The notes: a model not told the origin generated them from the letters alone. A stretch of DNA of 59,642 nucleotides from Lentisphaerota bacterium (GCA_003246475.1 QKAL01000135.1:1-59642); one strand, 5' to 3'; shown: positions 17,056-26,870, counted from the first letter of the stretch. Program-made: numbers and translations.

Positions 17056-18207
17056 TCATATGCGCTTGACAACATTATACCAGCCGTAGATGAAAAACGC
17101 AATAGTCGGAGTCAAACCGGCGATCGGCGGCCAAAGTACTCCTTGCTTGCCGAGGATGACGAATATTTCTGTCGTGACCTGATAGGCGATGATGACCAAG
17201 AATGCGGTGATGATCGCCATAAAAATACCGGAACGTTCGTTTTTGGTTGCCAGAGGAATCCCGAGGAAAACCGCCAGTACACACGACCAGGGAAAGGCCA
17301 GCCGGCGGAAGAGCAACGTGGCATAAACGTCATAACAGCGTTCCGCCATGTTTTCCGTTTTCATCAATAATTCGATAATGACCCAGGAGGGCAGCTCCTC
17401 GGGCTCCTTGACGGCATTGGCGATGTCGCGCGGATTGTCCGGTGCTTCTTTAAGCGGAAGCGTATAGGTGTCATATTTGCGCGGACTTTTGGGGAGGAGT
17501 CCGTCTTTGCTGTAGGAAGTTATGATTGCATTGGTAAAAACCCATCCCTTGGGGGTGTAGCAGGCTACATCGGCGTCGATATCCCAGTCGAGAGTTCCGT
17601 CCGAACGATGCTTTTTCATGGTCACTTCCTGGTGGTTTCCTTTACGGTCAAAGGATTTGAACAGCCAGGTCCGTTCCTTGTCCGGACTGCGGAAGGTGAG
17701 CATCTTATAACGTTTTTCCACATAACTGTCGCCTTTGGCAACGCGCTCTAGTGTCATTACCGCTTCGCGCTCGGTATACGGAATCAGTTTTTCGTTGAAA
17801 TAAAAAAGCATGCAGGTGACGGCAAAGCCGACGGCAAAAATCGACGCGCCGCAACGCATCAACGACACCCCGGAAGACCGCATGGCCGTTACTTCCATGT
17901 GTTTACCGAAATTGGCCATCGTGAACATGCAGGCCAGTAGAACTGATATGGGAAGGATAAACCGGATATTTCCGGGAATTTTCAATGTGAAATAGGTTAT
18001 GATAACGTGTATCGGCGCTTTATTTGACAAAAAATCTTCCAGATCGTTAAAAACATCGCCGATCAGAAACATGATTACGAATGCCATCAGCAGAATAGTG
18101 AACGGGATGATGAATTCCCGAAACACGTACATGTCGATTACGGGGTAAAACCCGGTATGCCGCTGCTGCAATTTTACCGCTTTTTTTTCGGTCGGTTCAG
18201 AATGCAT
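17056..18207 (-). CDS. LptF/LptG-family (YjgP/YjgQ) permease
   Basis: IDMYVFREFIIPF N-terminal motif, six TM segments and a central periplasmic beta-jellyroll-like insert. The start is uncertain: ATG 18207 has GGAAAGA upstream, ATG 18222 is an alternative, and the track TTG 18246 overlaps the rpsU terminator. Confidence 0.8.
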   Translation of the reverse strand: MHSEPTEKKAVKLQQRHTGFYPVIDMYVFREFIIPFTILLMAFVIMFLIGDVFNDLEDFLSNKAPIHVIITYFTLKIPGNIRFILPISVLLACMFTMANFGKHMEVTAMRSSGVSLMRCGASIFAVGFAVTCMLFYFNEKLIPYTEREAVMTLERVAKGDSYVEKRYKMLTFRSPDKERTWLFKSFDRKGNHQEVTMKKHRSDGTLDWDIDADVACYTPKGWVFTNAIITSYSKDGLLPKSPRKYDTYTLPLKEAPDNPRDIANAVKEPEELPSWVIIELLMKTENMAERCYDVYATLLFRRLAFPWSCVLAVFLGIPLATKNERSGIFMAIITAFLVIIAYQVTTEIFVILGKQGVLWPPIAGLTPTIAFFIYGWYNVVKRI

Positions 18208-18240
18208 ATTGCGTCTTTCCATAAAAGAGGATTCGGAGAT

Positions 18241-18268
18241 AATCAAAAGGCGTCGTTGAGGACGCCTT
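18241..18268 (-). terminator. Rho-independent terminator after rpsU
   Basis: On the minus strand, AAGGCGTC-CTCAAC-GACGCCTT followed by TTGATT. The stem is at 18247-18254 / 18261-18268. Confidence 0.6.
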
Positions 18269-18293
18269 CTGATTGCAGAAACATATCAAAGAC

Positions 18294-18467
18294 TTAGTGT
18301 CTTTTTCCCTGTCTCTGGGCACGGCGTTTCTTTTCGCTCGGCTTCTCGAAATGGCGGCGGTTACGCAGCTCTTTCAATGTACCTTCCTTGTCCAGCTTCT
18401 TTTTCAGCCGGCGGAGAGCGCGGTCGATCGCTTCGCCCTTTTTCAGACGTACTTCAGTGGCTTCCAT
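18294..18467 (-). CDS. rpsU: 30S ribosomal protein S21
   Basis: Not in the ORF track (57 aa). The reverse strand reads [57 protein letters not shown], a typical S21 sequence. RBS GGGGGTGA lies 7 nt upstream. Confidence 0.9.
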   Translation of the reverse strand: MEATEVRLKKGEAIDRALRRLKKKLDKEGTLKELRNRRHFEKPSEKKRRAQRQGKRH

Positions 18468-18513
18468 ATTATTTCACCCCCTTTACAGCGGTTACGATAT
18501 TCATTTGACTAAT

Positions 18514-19545
18514 TTATTCATTGACGAAATCAGCTTCGTCAGACAACAGCGAACGCAGTTTGGCCAACGCCTGGTTCTGGATCTGGCGTACCCGCTCCCG
18601 AGTCCGTCCGATCTCCTGGCTGACCTCTTCCAAGGTACGGGGATGCTGCCCGTCCAGACCAAAACGCATCTTTAAAATCATCTGTTCGCGCTCTTCGAGC
18701 GTATTCAACAGATTGAGCAGACGGTCAACTGACTCCACATCTCCAAGGATACGGTCAGGAGTCTGGGCGCCGCGGTCGGGAATAATATCCTGAAATTCTC
18801 CGTCTTCCCCTTGCTGGATCGGATCATGCAGCGAAAAGGTACGCAAGTCGGCGAGCCGCAGCCCCGCAACAGTACGTTCGCTGAAATCAAGATGATCGGC
18901 GATTTCGGCATCGGTGGGTTCACGGCCCAGTTCTTCAGCCAATTTCATCCGTACGGACTTGATCTTATTGATCTTTCCCGCGGATTGTACGGGGATACGG
19001 ATGGTGCGGCTTTGGTTTGCCAGGGCGCGACGCATGGATTGTTTGATCCACCATGCGGCATAAGAACTGAATTTTGCGCCTTTTGACGGGTCAAATTTTT
19101 CCACCGCCCGCATCAGCCCGATATTCCCTTCGGAAATCAGGTCGAGTAATGGCAATCCCAGTCCTTTGAAGTCGTGGGCAATCTTGACAACCAGGCGAAG
19201 ATTGGCTTTGATGAGTACGGAACGGGCATCTTCGTGAGCAATGCGATTGTTGCCATGGATCGCGGCTGCCAGTTCAACTTCCTCCTCCTTCGACACCAGT
19301 GATATCTGACCGATATCCTGCATGTAGACTTTCATGGTGTCATTTTTGGAGGGAAGCTGTTCCGTCTCCTCGGTTGGGCTTTTGCGTTCGGCATTGAGTT
19401 CGCGTTGAACTTCCGCCAGCTGCTCCGCGTCCGGCTCTTTTATGTCATCTTCAAAATCGACAAAACCGTCAAATTCTTCGCCCGCCAGCTCATCGACAAA
19501 TGGTTCTTCGTTTGTTTCTTTTTGCTTCTTACTCGATTTGGGCAT
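18514..19545 (-). CDS. rpoD: RNA polymerase sigma-70 family factor, RpoD/SigA type
   Basis: Acidic N-terminus, region 2 DLISEGNIGLMRAVEKFD...YAAWWIKQ, TIRIPV, and region 4 TLEEVSQEIGRTRERVRQIQNQAL. Confidence 0.9.
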   Translation of the reverse strand: MPKSSKKQKETNEEPFVDELAGEEFDGFVDFEDDIKEPDAEQLAEVQRELNAERKSPTEETEQLPSKNDTMKVYMQDIGQISLVSKEEEVELAAAIHGNNRIAHEDARSVLIKANLRLVVKIAHDFKGLGLPLLDLISEGNIGLMRAVEKFDPSKGAKFSSYAAWWIKQSMRRALANQSRTIRIPVQSAGKINKIKSVRMKLAEELGREPTDAEIADHLDFSERTVAGLRLADLRTFSLHDPIQQGEDGEFQDIIPDRGAQTPDRILGDVESVDRLLNLLNTLEEREQMILKMRFGLDGQHPRTLEEVSQEIGRTRERVRQIQNQALAKLRSLLSDEADFVNE

Positions 19546-19597
19546 GGTGTTTTTTATATTTTTAAATTTTTATATATATTACATTTCGCTCATTTTG

Positions 19598-19606
19598 TGC
19601 TATAAT
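19598..19606 (+). promoter_or_regulatory. Extended -10 promoter element (TGcTATAAT) facing mfd
   Basis: TGC-TATAAT at 19598-19606 in the AT-rich rpoD/mfd divergent spacer. No good -35. Confidence 0.3.
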
Positions 19607-19708
19607 GATAATATTACATTATAACTTGGGGTGCTCCCTCGGGAAAATGAGAATACAAATCAAAACGATAATTTACTATTATAATCATTAAAGTCAAGCC
19701 GGATACTT

Positions 19709-22700
19709 TTGAAAAAGCGGGAAATGTTTAATGACTGGCGTGCCACCTGGACCCAATGGTTCAATGCCGGCAATGTGTCACAGCGTGACTTCTCGGAAGT
19801 TGACGAGGAGGCGGTAGTTCCTTTATTGCTCCGCTGTCAGAGTCAGTCCGCGGCCCCTTTGCTGGTGGTCTGCCCGATGATGACCATGGCCGAAGATTTC
19901 TTTGCCGAACTGCAATACTGGTGTGGGTATTTTGAGCTTCAAGTGAGCTTGCGCTACTTGCCAGATGCGGCGGAAAATAATCAGTTCATACCTGAAAATG
20001 AGGTAGAACGGGTACGGATCCTTCATGATACGATAGAGTCACGTGCCGATATTACTATTGTCAGCATTGTTTCATTGCTCAGTGCGGTACCGCCTCCGGA
20101 CAAGCTTTCCGGTAATGAGATTACGCTTAAAACCGGAATGCGTCTGCCGTTCAACGACTTTTTACAGCGGCTGGTGGAGATGGATTATGACGATGAATTC
20201 GAGGTCTGTACCAAAGGGGAGTTTGCACGGCGTGGGGGGATTATAGATGTCTTCTCGCCCGCCCATGATTTCCCTGTACGCATTGAGTTCTGGGGCGATG
20301 ATATTGAATCGATGCGGGAGTTCAATCCGGAAACACAACGTTCGACGCGGGAGATAGATGAATACCGCTTGATCCTGCGTTCCAGTTTCAGTGGAAAAGA
20401 GGACAGTGTTGATTATTTCACCTACATGAAGCCTCACAATCCTAATCTGATGATTGTTTTTCCTGAAGAGTGTTTGCGGCAGCTTGAGCGGTTCGCCGAG
20501 CCGGAACATTATCAATACTGGCAGGAAAAGGTGGCTGAGTTTTCCTACGATCACCGTTTTACTCTTCTCGATCCCGTTGAATCGGCATCCTGTCCTGCTG
20601 CCGAGCCTGCCGGATGTTATCCTGCCGTGGCGCATCTGCGAAAAACTCTTCCCGAAGAAATTGCCGGAGATGGTTTGGAAATTATCAAGCAGATGGTTGC
20701 CGAACAGATTGTCCAGTGGCAGGAGACCGGATACCATGTTACGTTGCTTGGACGTGATGAACCTGCCGCCGTTCACATTCGTCAATGGTGTGAGGATAGT
20801 CTTTCGGATCCCGAGTCTATCGAGATTGGCAGCGGTAATTTTCCTCACGGGATTATTCTGCCTGCGCTTAAATCGGTTTTCCTTACCGAGAAGGAGATTT
20901 TTGCCTCTCTCCCCACGAAAAAGAGCGCTAACTTGCCTGTGACACGCCGTCGTTTTAATGAGATGGCGGAGGAGGAGGTATTCAAGGCCGATATCGATGA
21001 GGGGGACATGGTAGTCCACCTGATGCATGGAATAGGTATTTTTCGCGGTATTCGCGAGTTGGAAAGACGTGGCGCCTGCCGTGAGGTAATGGTGATCGAA
21101 TATCAGGATCAGGCGCTGGTCTATGTTCCTGTCTGGCAAGCGGATATGGTTAATAAGTATATTGGGGCCAAAAGCGGATCGGTAACCTTGCATAAGCTGG
21201 GCGGCAAGAACTGGCTGAAGGCGAAGATAGAGGCCGAACGTTCAGTGCGGGCCTTTGCGTTGGACATGCTCCGGATACAGGCGTTGCGAAGTTCCGCCCA
21301 GGGGTATGCATTCCCCGCCGATAACCTGGCGCAACGCATTTTCGAAGACTCTTTTCCCTATGAGGATACTCCCGATCAGATCAAGGCTGCCGCCGACATC
21401 AAGCGCAATATGTGTGAATCTCAACCTATGGACCGGCTCCTTTGTGGTGACGTCGGCTACGGTAAGACCGAAGTCGCAATCCGCGCCGCGTTCAAGGCGG
21501 TGATGGATGGAAAACAGGTTGCGGTACTGGTTCCCACGACGGTGTTGGCGCAACAGCATTACTACAGTTTTTGCGAGCGCTTTGCCGGTTATCCGGTGCT
21601 GGTGGAAATGCTAAGCCGTTTTCGTTCCAAAGCGGAACAAGCTGAGGTCATTCAGCGTTTGAAAAAGGGATCGGTAGATGTGGTTATCGGAACTCACCGT
21701 CTGGTTCAGGATGATATTGAGTTCTCGGATCTCGGATTGGTGATTATTGATGAAGAACAGCGTTTTGGCGTTAACCATAAGGAAAAACTGAAATCCTATC
21801 GCGCGACGGTTGATGTCCTGACGATGACTGCCACGCCGATTCCACGTACGCTTTATATGTCCATGTCTGGGCTGCGTGACTTGAGTACCATTGTGACAGC
21901 TCCGAATCTGCGTTTGCCGGTTCACACCGTGGTGGTCCAGCATGATGACAAATTTATTGATGATGCCATCCGGCGGGAAGTGCAGCGCGGTGGCCAGGTG
22001 TTTTATTTGCATAATCGCGTGAAGAGTATTGACGAACTGGCTGACAAAATGCGAGAGCGCATGCCGGATGTCCGGTTTGGCGTTGGGCATGGGCAGATGG
22101 ACGAGGATGAACTGGAGCAGTCCATGGCTGATTTTCTGACCGGCAAGATAGATGTATTTATTTGTACTACAATTATTGAGTCTGGCCTGGATATTCCCAA
22201 CGCGAATACCATTATTATTGAGCGTGCCGACCGTTTCGGGCTGGCAGAGCTCTATCAGCTGCGCGGGCGGGTTGGGCGCTGGAACCGGCAGGCCTATGCC
22301 TATCTGCTGTTGCCCAAAGGCGATGTTATCACCAATGATGCCCGCAAGCGACTGGCGGCGATTCGCCGTTACACTCATTTAGGGGCGGGGTTCAAGCTGG
22401 CGTTGCGTGACTTGGAGATCCGCGGTGCCGGTAATCTACTCGGTTCGGAACAGAGCGGTCACATCAACAATGTCGGGTTTGATCTGTATTGCCAGTTGTT
22501 GCGTTCTACTATTGCCCAGTTAAAGGGAGAATCTCAGGAAATTTTACCCGAAGTCGATCTTTTTATCGAATTTGTGGATTTTGCCCATGTGGCTGAAGAA
22601 CATAAGGTTGCCGCGGGTTTTCCGCCGGATTACATCAATAGTGAGAGGCTTCGTATTGAGGCGTACCGGCGTTTGAGTAATATGTTTTCCGAGGAACAAG

Positions 22701-22981
22701 TAGAGGCCTTTGAGCAGGAGCTCGAAGATCGCTTCGGCAAACTGCCTGACACTGCAGTCAACATGTTGAAAATTGCCAGAATCCGTATTCTGGTTGCGGA
22801 GTGCGGCTTTCAGTCGTTGCGAATTCAAGATAATAAGATATTGCTGGAGAGTAAGCGTGAGGTCTTTCGCTATGACAACGGCCAGCTGCCCGTTTTGGAT
22901 AGTCGTAACCTGGCAAGGGTTAAACTAGACCACCTCTATCAGATCGTGCAGAATATCCGTGCCAGATTCGAACGGCGTTAA
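19709..22981 (+). CDS. mfd: Transcription-repair coupling factor
   Basis: 1090 aa. Helicase motifs GDVGYGKTEVAIRAAF, IIDEEQRFGV, TATPIPRTL and RGRVGR, plus an RNAP-interacting CarD-like segment GDMVVHLMHGIGIF. The start is TTG 19709 or ATG 19724. Confidence 0.95.
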   Translation: MKKREMFNDWRATWTQWFNAGNVSQRDFSEVDEEAVVPLLLRCQSQSAAPLLVVCPMMTMAEDFFAELQYWCGYFELQVSLRYLPDAAENNQFIPENEVERVRILHDTIESRADITIVSIVSLLSAVPPPDKLSGNEITLKTGMRLPFNDFLQRLVEMDYDDEFEVCTKGEFARRGGIIDVFSPAHDFPVRIEFWGDDIESMREFNPETQRSTREIDEYRLILRSSFSGKEDSVDYFTYMKPHNPNLMIVFPEECLRQLERFAEPEHYQYWQEKVAEFSYDHRFTLLDPVESASCPAAEPAGCYPAVAHLRKTLPEEIAGDGLEIIKQMVAEQIVQWQETGYHVTLLGRDEPAAVHIRQWCEDSLSDPESIEIGSGNFPHGIILPALKSVFLTEKEIFASLPTKKSANLPVTRRRFNEMAEEEVFKADIDEGDMVVHLMHGIGIFRGIRELERRGACREVMVIEYQDQALVYVPVWQADMVNKYIGAKSGSVTLHKLGGKNWLKAKIEAERSVRAFALDMLRIQALRSSAQGYAFPADNLAQRIFEDSFPYEDTPDQIKAAADIKRNMCESQPMDRLLCGDVGYGKTEVAIRAAFKAVMDGKQVAVLVPTTVLAQQHYYSFCERFAGYPVLVEMLSRFRSKAEQAEVIQRLKKGSVDVVIGTHRLVQDDIEFSDLGLVIIDEEQRFGVNHKEKLKSYRATVDVLTMTATPIPRTLYMSMSGLRDLSTIVTAPNLRLPVHTVVVQHDDKFIDDAIRREVQRGGQVFYLHNRVKSIDELADKMRERMPDVRFGVGHGQMDEDELEQSMADFLTGKIDVFICTTIIESGLDIPNANTIIIERADRFGLAELYQLRGRVGRWNRQAYAYLLLPKGDVITNDARKRLAAIRRYTHLGAGFKLALRDLEIRGAGNLLGSEQSGHINNVGFDLYCQLLRSTIAQLKGESQEILPEVDLFIEFVDFAHVAEEHKVAAGFPPDYINSERLRIEAYRRLSNMFSEEQVEAFEQELEDRFGKLPDTAVNMLKIARIRILVAECGFQSLRIQDNKILLESKREVFRYDNGQLPVLDSRNLARVKLDHLYQIVQNIRARFERR

Positions 22982-22985
22982 GCCT

Positions 22986-24749
22986 TTAGCGGGGGAGTTC
23001 CCTGAGCACGTAGAATTTTACCATCCCTTTGCAATTATCCTCTAATTCCTTATATGCGGCGGAAGTCATTCCGTCATTATATTTGGCTAGGGTAGAATAT
23101 TGAAGGACATCCTTAGAACCGTTGTTTTTCTGTATAGTCGTCGTCAGCCATGGGTTTACCACATGCCAGCCGGTCGGTTGTGTCAATAATGCATTTTTTA
23201 CTTCAACTACTTTCGATTCAACGTCTGGTCCAATGACTGCAAAGATAATATCTTTTATATCAAGGGCGGATTGTGATGCCGGAGATAACGCGTAAGCTTC
23301 TCCGGCGGTCTGTAAAAACTTCATTCTGATTGATTTTACCTTGCAAATTAATTTTTTTTCTGCACCATCAATATCCATGACGCTGATATTGCCAGGTGTT
23401 CCTAGTTGAATAAAGATGCCGCCATTGCGTAAAATGTTTTCGGTTCTGGATGCAGTATCAAGGAATATTTGAGGTCTGGTGTTCCACATCAACGGATAGG
23501 TGGCGTTGGCGGGATAACATACGTAGGTATTTGAGGGTATGTTTTTGCGGACATATTTGAACTCTTCCTTCCAGTCGGGGGCAAACCATGGCAATGACCA
23601 CCATGCCGATCCCAGTCCGATCAGAATAATTGCCGACCAGCAGCAGTTTCGGGCTGTAATTCCTTTGCCGGAGAATCTTCCTGCAATATCTTTTACCGCT
23701 ATGGCAACTGCTGTAAGCATGAATGGAATCAATGGCATGTAACTGCGTGGCGGTCCGGCGGAGAATATCACCGCCATGATCATTGCAGAGGAGACAAGGG
23801 TGAGTATTCCCAGATTCGCTGTTGCCCGTAATGGCCGCAGTCGGCACAGCATACCCCAAAAGGCAAATATTAATAACATTAAACCGGTTAGTCCGGAAAA
23901 TGTCAGGTAAAGGAAAAGAACAAAGTGTGGCAGCGAACGGATTGGAGTCCCGTAAGTGGCTTGTCCCGCCCTGAGTTGATCGTAATTGGCCACCAACCAT
24001 TTGGTCCCGATGCCGAAGATCACGACATAAGCCAGCCAGAGAAAAAGGTTTGAACGAAATGATTTCACGAGATTGTTAATCAAATGGAAATCTAATTTGT
24101 TCGAGCTCCTTGTTGCGATATATAAGACATGAACAGTTGCTAGTGATGTCACGAAAATTATTCCTGATGTTACCGAGAATATTACTGCCAGTCCCGAAAA
24201 CATGAGCAACAGGGCGAAAAAAACTTTCCTGCGTTCCTTGCTTTGTTCATATAGTACTGCGGCAAGCGCCATCAGTAAAAGCATTAAACATTGGAGTGAG
24301 TAGCCGCGCGCAGTTTGTGAGTATTCAATGAGCATCGGATTGCAGGATGTCAACAGCATCCCAGTCAGGACTGCGGCTTGAGATCGGGTTACCAGAAAAA
24401 TGAGATAACCGGTCAATGGAATGATGGCTATGCCACAAATCAGTGCCGGAAGTCGGAGAATTTGAAAACTTGTCCCGAAGAGACTGACCGAATACTTCAT
24501 CAGAATTGAACTCAGGGGGTGGTTGTTCGGGGCTTCCAGCGAGTTGATGATTTCTTGCGGTGATAAAGGTAAATAATTTGTCAAGGTCCATATTTCGTCA
24601 TATTCCAGACTGCGGTTCAGCCATAGCAGACGAAGAAAAAATCCGGTAGCGGTAACTAGAAACAGGAGCAGAAAAAAAACATGACGCCGAAGCGGCGAGT
24701 GTGTTAGCCGGTCAATTGCTGGCGTCATGCTTTTTTCTCCTTCTGTCAT
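22986..24749 (-). CDS. GT-C fold membrane glycosyltransferase (ArnT / PMT_2, GT39/83-like)
   Basis: About 11 TM segments, a first periplasmic loop with SLEYDEIWT (acidic DE motif) and a C-terminal soluble domain. 587 aa. Confidence 0.7.
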   Translation of the reverse strand: MTEGEKSMTPAIDRLTHSPLRRHVFFLLLFLVTATGFFLRLLWLNRSLEYDEIWTLTNYLPLSPQEIINSLEAPNNHPLSSILMKYSVSLFGTSFQILRLPALICGIAIIPLTGYLIFLVTRSQAAVLTGMLLTSCNPMLIEYSQTARGYSLQCLMLLLMALAAVLYEQSKERRKVFFALLLMFSGLAVIFSVTSGIIFVTSLATVHVLYIATRSSNKLDFHLINNLVKSFRSNLFLWLAYVVIFGIGTKWLVANYDQLRAGQATYGTPIRSLPHFVLFLYLTFSGLTGLMLLIFAFWGMLCRLRPLRATANLGILTLVSSAMIMAVIFSAGPPRSYMPLIPFMLTAVAIAVKDIAGRFSGKGITARNCCWSAIILIGLGSAWWSLPWFAPDWKEEFKYVRKNIPSNTYVCYPANATYPLMWNTRPQIFLDTASRTENILRNGGIFIQLGTPGNISVMDIDGAEKKLICKVKSIRMKFLQTAGEAYALSPASQSALDIKDIIFAVIGPDVESKVVEVKNALLTQPTGWHVVNPWLTTTIQKNNGSKDVLQYSTLAKYNDGMTSAAYKELEDNCKGMVKFYVLRELPR

Positions 24750-24752
24750 TAT

Positions 24753-26222
24753 TTAATGACGAATTTTGGTTGCAGCTGTATTCCAGAGTTCTTTGTCTCC
24801 GGCTTTGGGTTGGTAGGTTTCAACTTCAAAAGAGCGCCGGACCATATTGCGTGCGTCATTCAACCCATGGAGTTCGCCGTCGGCAATTGCCTGCCCAATA
24901 ATATTGCCGATCGAGGTTGCTTCGATCGGACCGGCTACTACCGGGATACCGATGGCGTCGGCAGTCAATTGCATCAGTAGAGAGTCTTTAGTCCCGCCGC
25001 CGACGATGTTCAGGCACTGATATTTTGCGCCGAGTACTTTTTCCAGTTTCATAAGTTTTTCCCGGAAACACAAGGCGAGGGAATCATAGAGACAACGCAC
25101 GACTTCGGCATCGCTGAGATTTTCGCCCTGCTTGGTTTCCCTGCAGATTTCGCGGACACGCGCCGGCATGTCGCCAGGTGTCAGGAAGCGACTGTCATTG
25201 GGATTGACCAAGTAGCAGCAGGGGGAGGCTTTTTCGGCCATGGCGCAGATATCGCCGAATGAGACGTTTCTGCCGGCTTCGTTCCAGACGCGTTTGGTTT
25301 CCTGAAGCAGCCAGGTCCCCATGATATTGGTCAGGAAACGGATTTTATCTTCCAGTCCGCCTTCATTGGTAAGAGGCACCTGGCGGGTTTCATCGGTCAT
25401 GAGAGGTTGGTTGGTCTCTGCACCCAACAGCGCCCATGTTCCACAACTGACATAGGCCCACTGTCCTTCGCCGGTGGCGGGAACGGATGCCACTGCAGAT
25501 GCGGTGTCGTGAGCTCCAATTTTCACTACCGGTATGGGGCCGCAGCCGAATTCCTGCTGCAGACTGGGAAGGAGAGTACCGGCTGGGGTACAGGGTTTAA
25601 CGATCTTTGGAAAAATCGACCGGGGCAGTCCCAGCTTGTCGATCAGCTCGAAATCCCAGTCACGGGCGTTGGCATCGAGCAGATTGCTGGTCGAGGCTTC
25701 AGTATATTCGCAGGTCATTGCACCGCTGAGCATGTAGGTCATTGCGTCGGGAATGAGCAACAGTGTTGCATCCTCGAAATCTTCGGGATGAGCCTTCTTG
25801 TGGGCGTAGAGCTGGTACAAAGTGTTGAGCTGCATCATCTGGATGCCGGTTCGGCGGTAGAGATCCTCTTCCGATACCAGTTTGAATACTTCAGCGGGAA
25901 TGTTGTCGGTACGCGGATCGCGGTAATTATAGGGCATGCGGGCGGGGGTGCCGTCTTTCTTGAACAGGACGTAGTCAACGCCCCAGGTGTCAATGGCGAT
26001 GCTGGCGATGTTCTTCTCAACCGCCAGGGCCTTGCGGATGCCTTCTTTGATTGAGGCGATCTGACCGTTGAAGTCCCAGTAAAGCTCGCCATTGATATCT
26101 TGTGGTCCATTGGCAAAACGGTGAACCTCGGTCAGGCTCATTTTGCCGTTTTCGATTTTGCCCAGTATGGCACGACCGCTGGATGCGCCGAAGTCAAAAG
26201 CCAGATACGTTTTAGTCCCCAT
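24753..26222 (-). CDS. rhaB: Rhamnulokinase (FGGY family)
   Basis: Aligns by eye along its length with E. coli RhaB: DFGASSGRAILG, HRFANGP, IDTWGVDYVL, YRDPRT, GTWALLG, TNEGG, NIMGTWLLQ, INPND.RFL, IVGGG. Confidence 0.9.
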   Translation of the reverse strand: MGTKTYLAFDFGASSGRAILGKIENGKMSLTEVHRFANGPQDINGELYWDFNGQIASIKEGIRKALAVEKNIASIAIDTWGVDYVLFKKDGTPARMPYNYRDPRTDNIPAEVFKLVSEEDLYRRTGIQMMQLNTLYQLYAHKKAHPEDFEDATLLLIPDAMTYMLSGAMTCEYTEASTSNLLDANARDWDFELIDKLGLPRSIFPKIVKPCTPAGTLLPSLQQEFGCGPIPVVKIGAHDTASAVASVPATGEGQWAYVSCGTWALLGAETNQPLMTDETRQVPLTNEGGLEDKIRFLTNIMGTWLLQETKRVWNEAGRNVSFGDICAMAEKASPCCYLVNPNDSRFLTPGDMPARVREICRETKQGENLSDAEVVRCLYDSLALCFREKLMKLEKVLGAKYQCLNIVGGGTKDSLLMQLTADAIGIPVVAGPIEATSIGNIIGQAIADGELHGLNDARNMVRRSFEVETYQPKAGDKELWNTAATKIRH

Positions 26223-26254
26223 TTTTTTCTCCTGAATATGTTATGATGAAAAGT

Positions 26255-26734
26255 TTATTTTTTATTGCAAAGCAAAACCGCCGCAGTCGCGGCTATTCCC
26301 TCTTCGCGACCGCAAAACCCAAGTTTTTCCGTGGTTGTGGCTTTGATGGATATCTGATTGAGCTCACAACCGAATGCTGCCGCAAGAGATTGACGCATTT
26401 GCATATTGTATGGCATGATTTTGGGTTTCTGCGCAATTATGGTCAAGTCGAGATTGACCAGCTGCCAGTGCTGAAAATCATCAGAATCAAGGATGCAGCG
26501 CAATAGTTTCATGCTGTCGGCACCGGCATAGGCCGGGTCATTGTCGGGGAACCATTGCCCGATGTCTCCGAGAGCCAGGGCACCCAGCAATGCATCCATC
26601 ACCGCATGAACGGCGACGTCGGCATCGCTGTGTCCCAGCAATCCGAGATGATGCGGGATTTCGATACCGCAAAGAATCAGCTTGCGGTTTTCGGTGAGAC
26701 GATGTACGTCGTAACCCTGTCCGATTCGAAACAT
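26255..26734 (-). CDS. ispF: 2-C-methyl-D-erythritol 2,4-cyclodiphosphate synthase
   Basis: MFRIGQGYDVHRL...GHSDADVAVHAVMDALLGALALGDIGQWFPD...KATTTEKLGF matches IspF end to end. The track start 26887 adds 51 non-homologous residues. Confidence 0.95.
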   Translation of the reverse strand: MFRIGQGYDVHRLTENRKLILCGIEIPHHLGLLGHSDADVAVHAVMDALLGALALGDIGQWFPDNDPAYAGADSMKLLRCILDSDDFQHWQLVNLDLTIIAQKPKIMPYNMQMRQSLAAAFGCELNQISIKATTTEKLGFCGREEGIAATAAVLLCNKK

Positions 26735-26870
26735 ATCAAAAGATTCCAGTTTTTTGCAAATTATTACATTTTCGCATATTATACACCAGCAGGGCCCAGT
26801 TTGAAAATGGAGGATTGTTTTTTTATTTGAAAATGTGTGCGTTTTCTCCGCCGGACTCCATATGAAATGA

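Noticed and set aside
18273-18512. 79-aa plus-strand ORF listed in the track
   Set aside because: The opposite strand in the aligned frame encodes a textbook S21 with its own RBS and terminator. The plus ORF starts with TTG and has no features.
20162-21193. 343-aa ORF antisense to mfd
   Set aside because: A codon-aligned shadow of a strongly conserved sense gene, with no independent coding signal.
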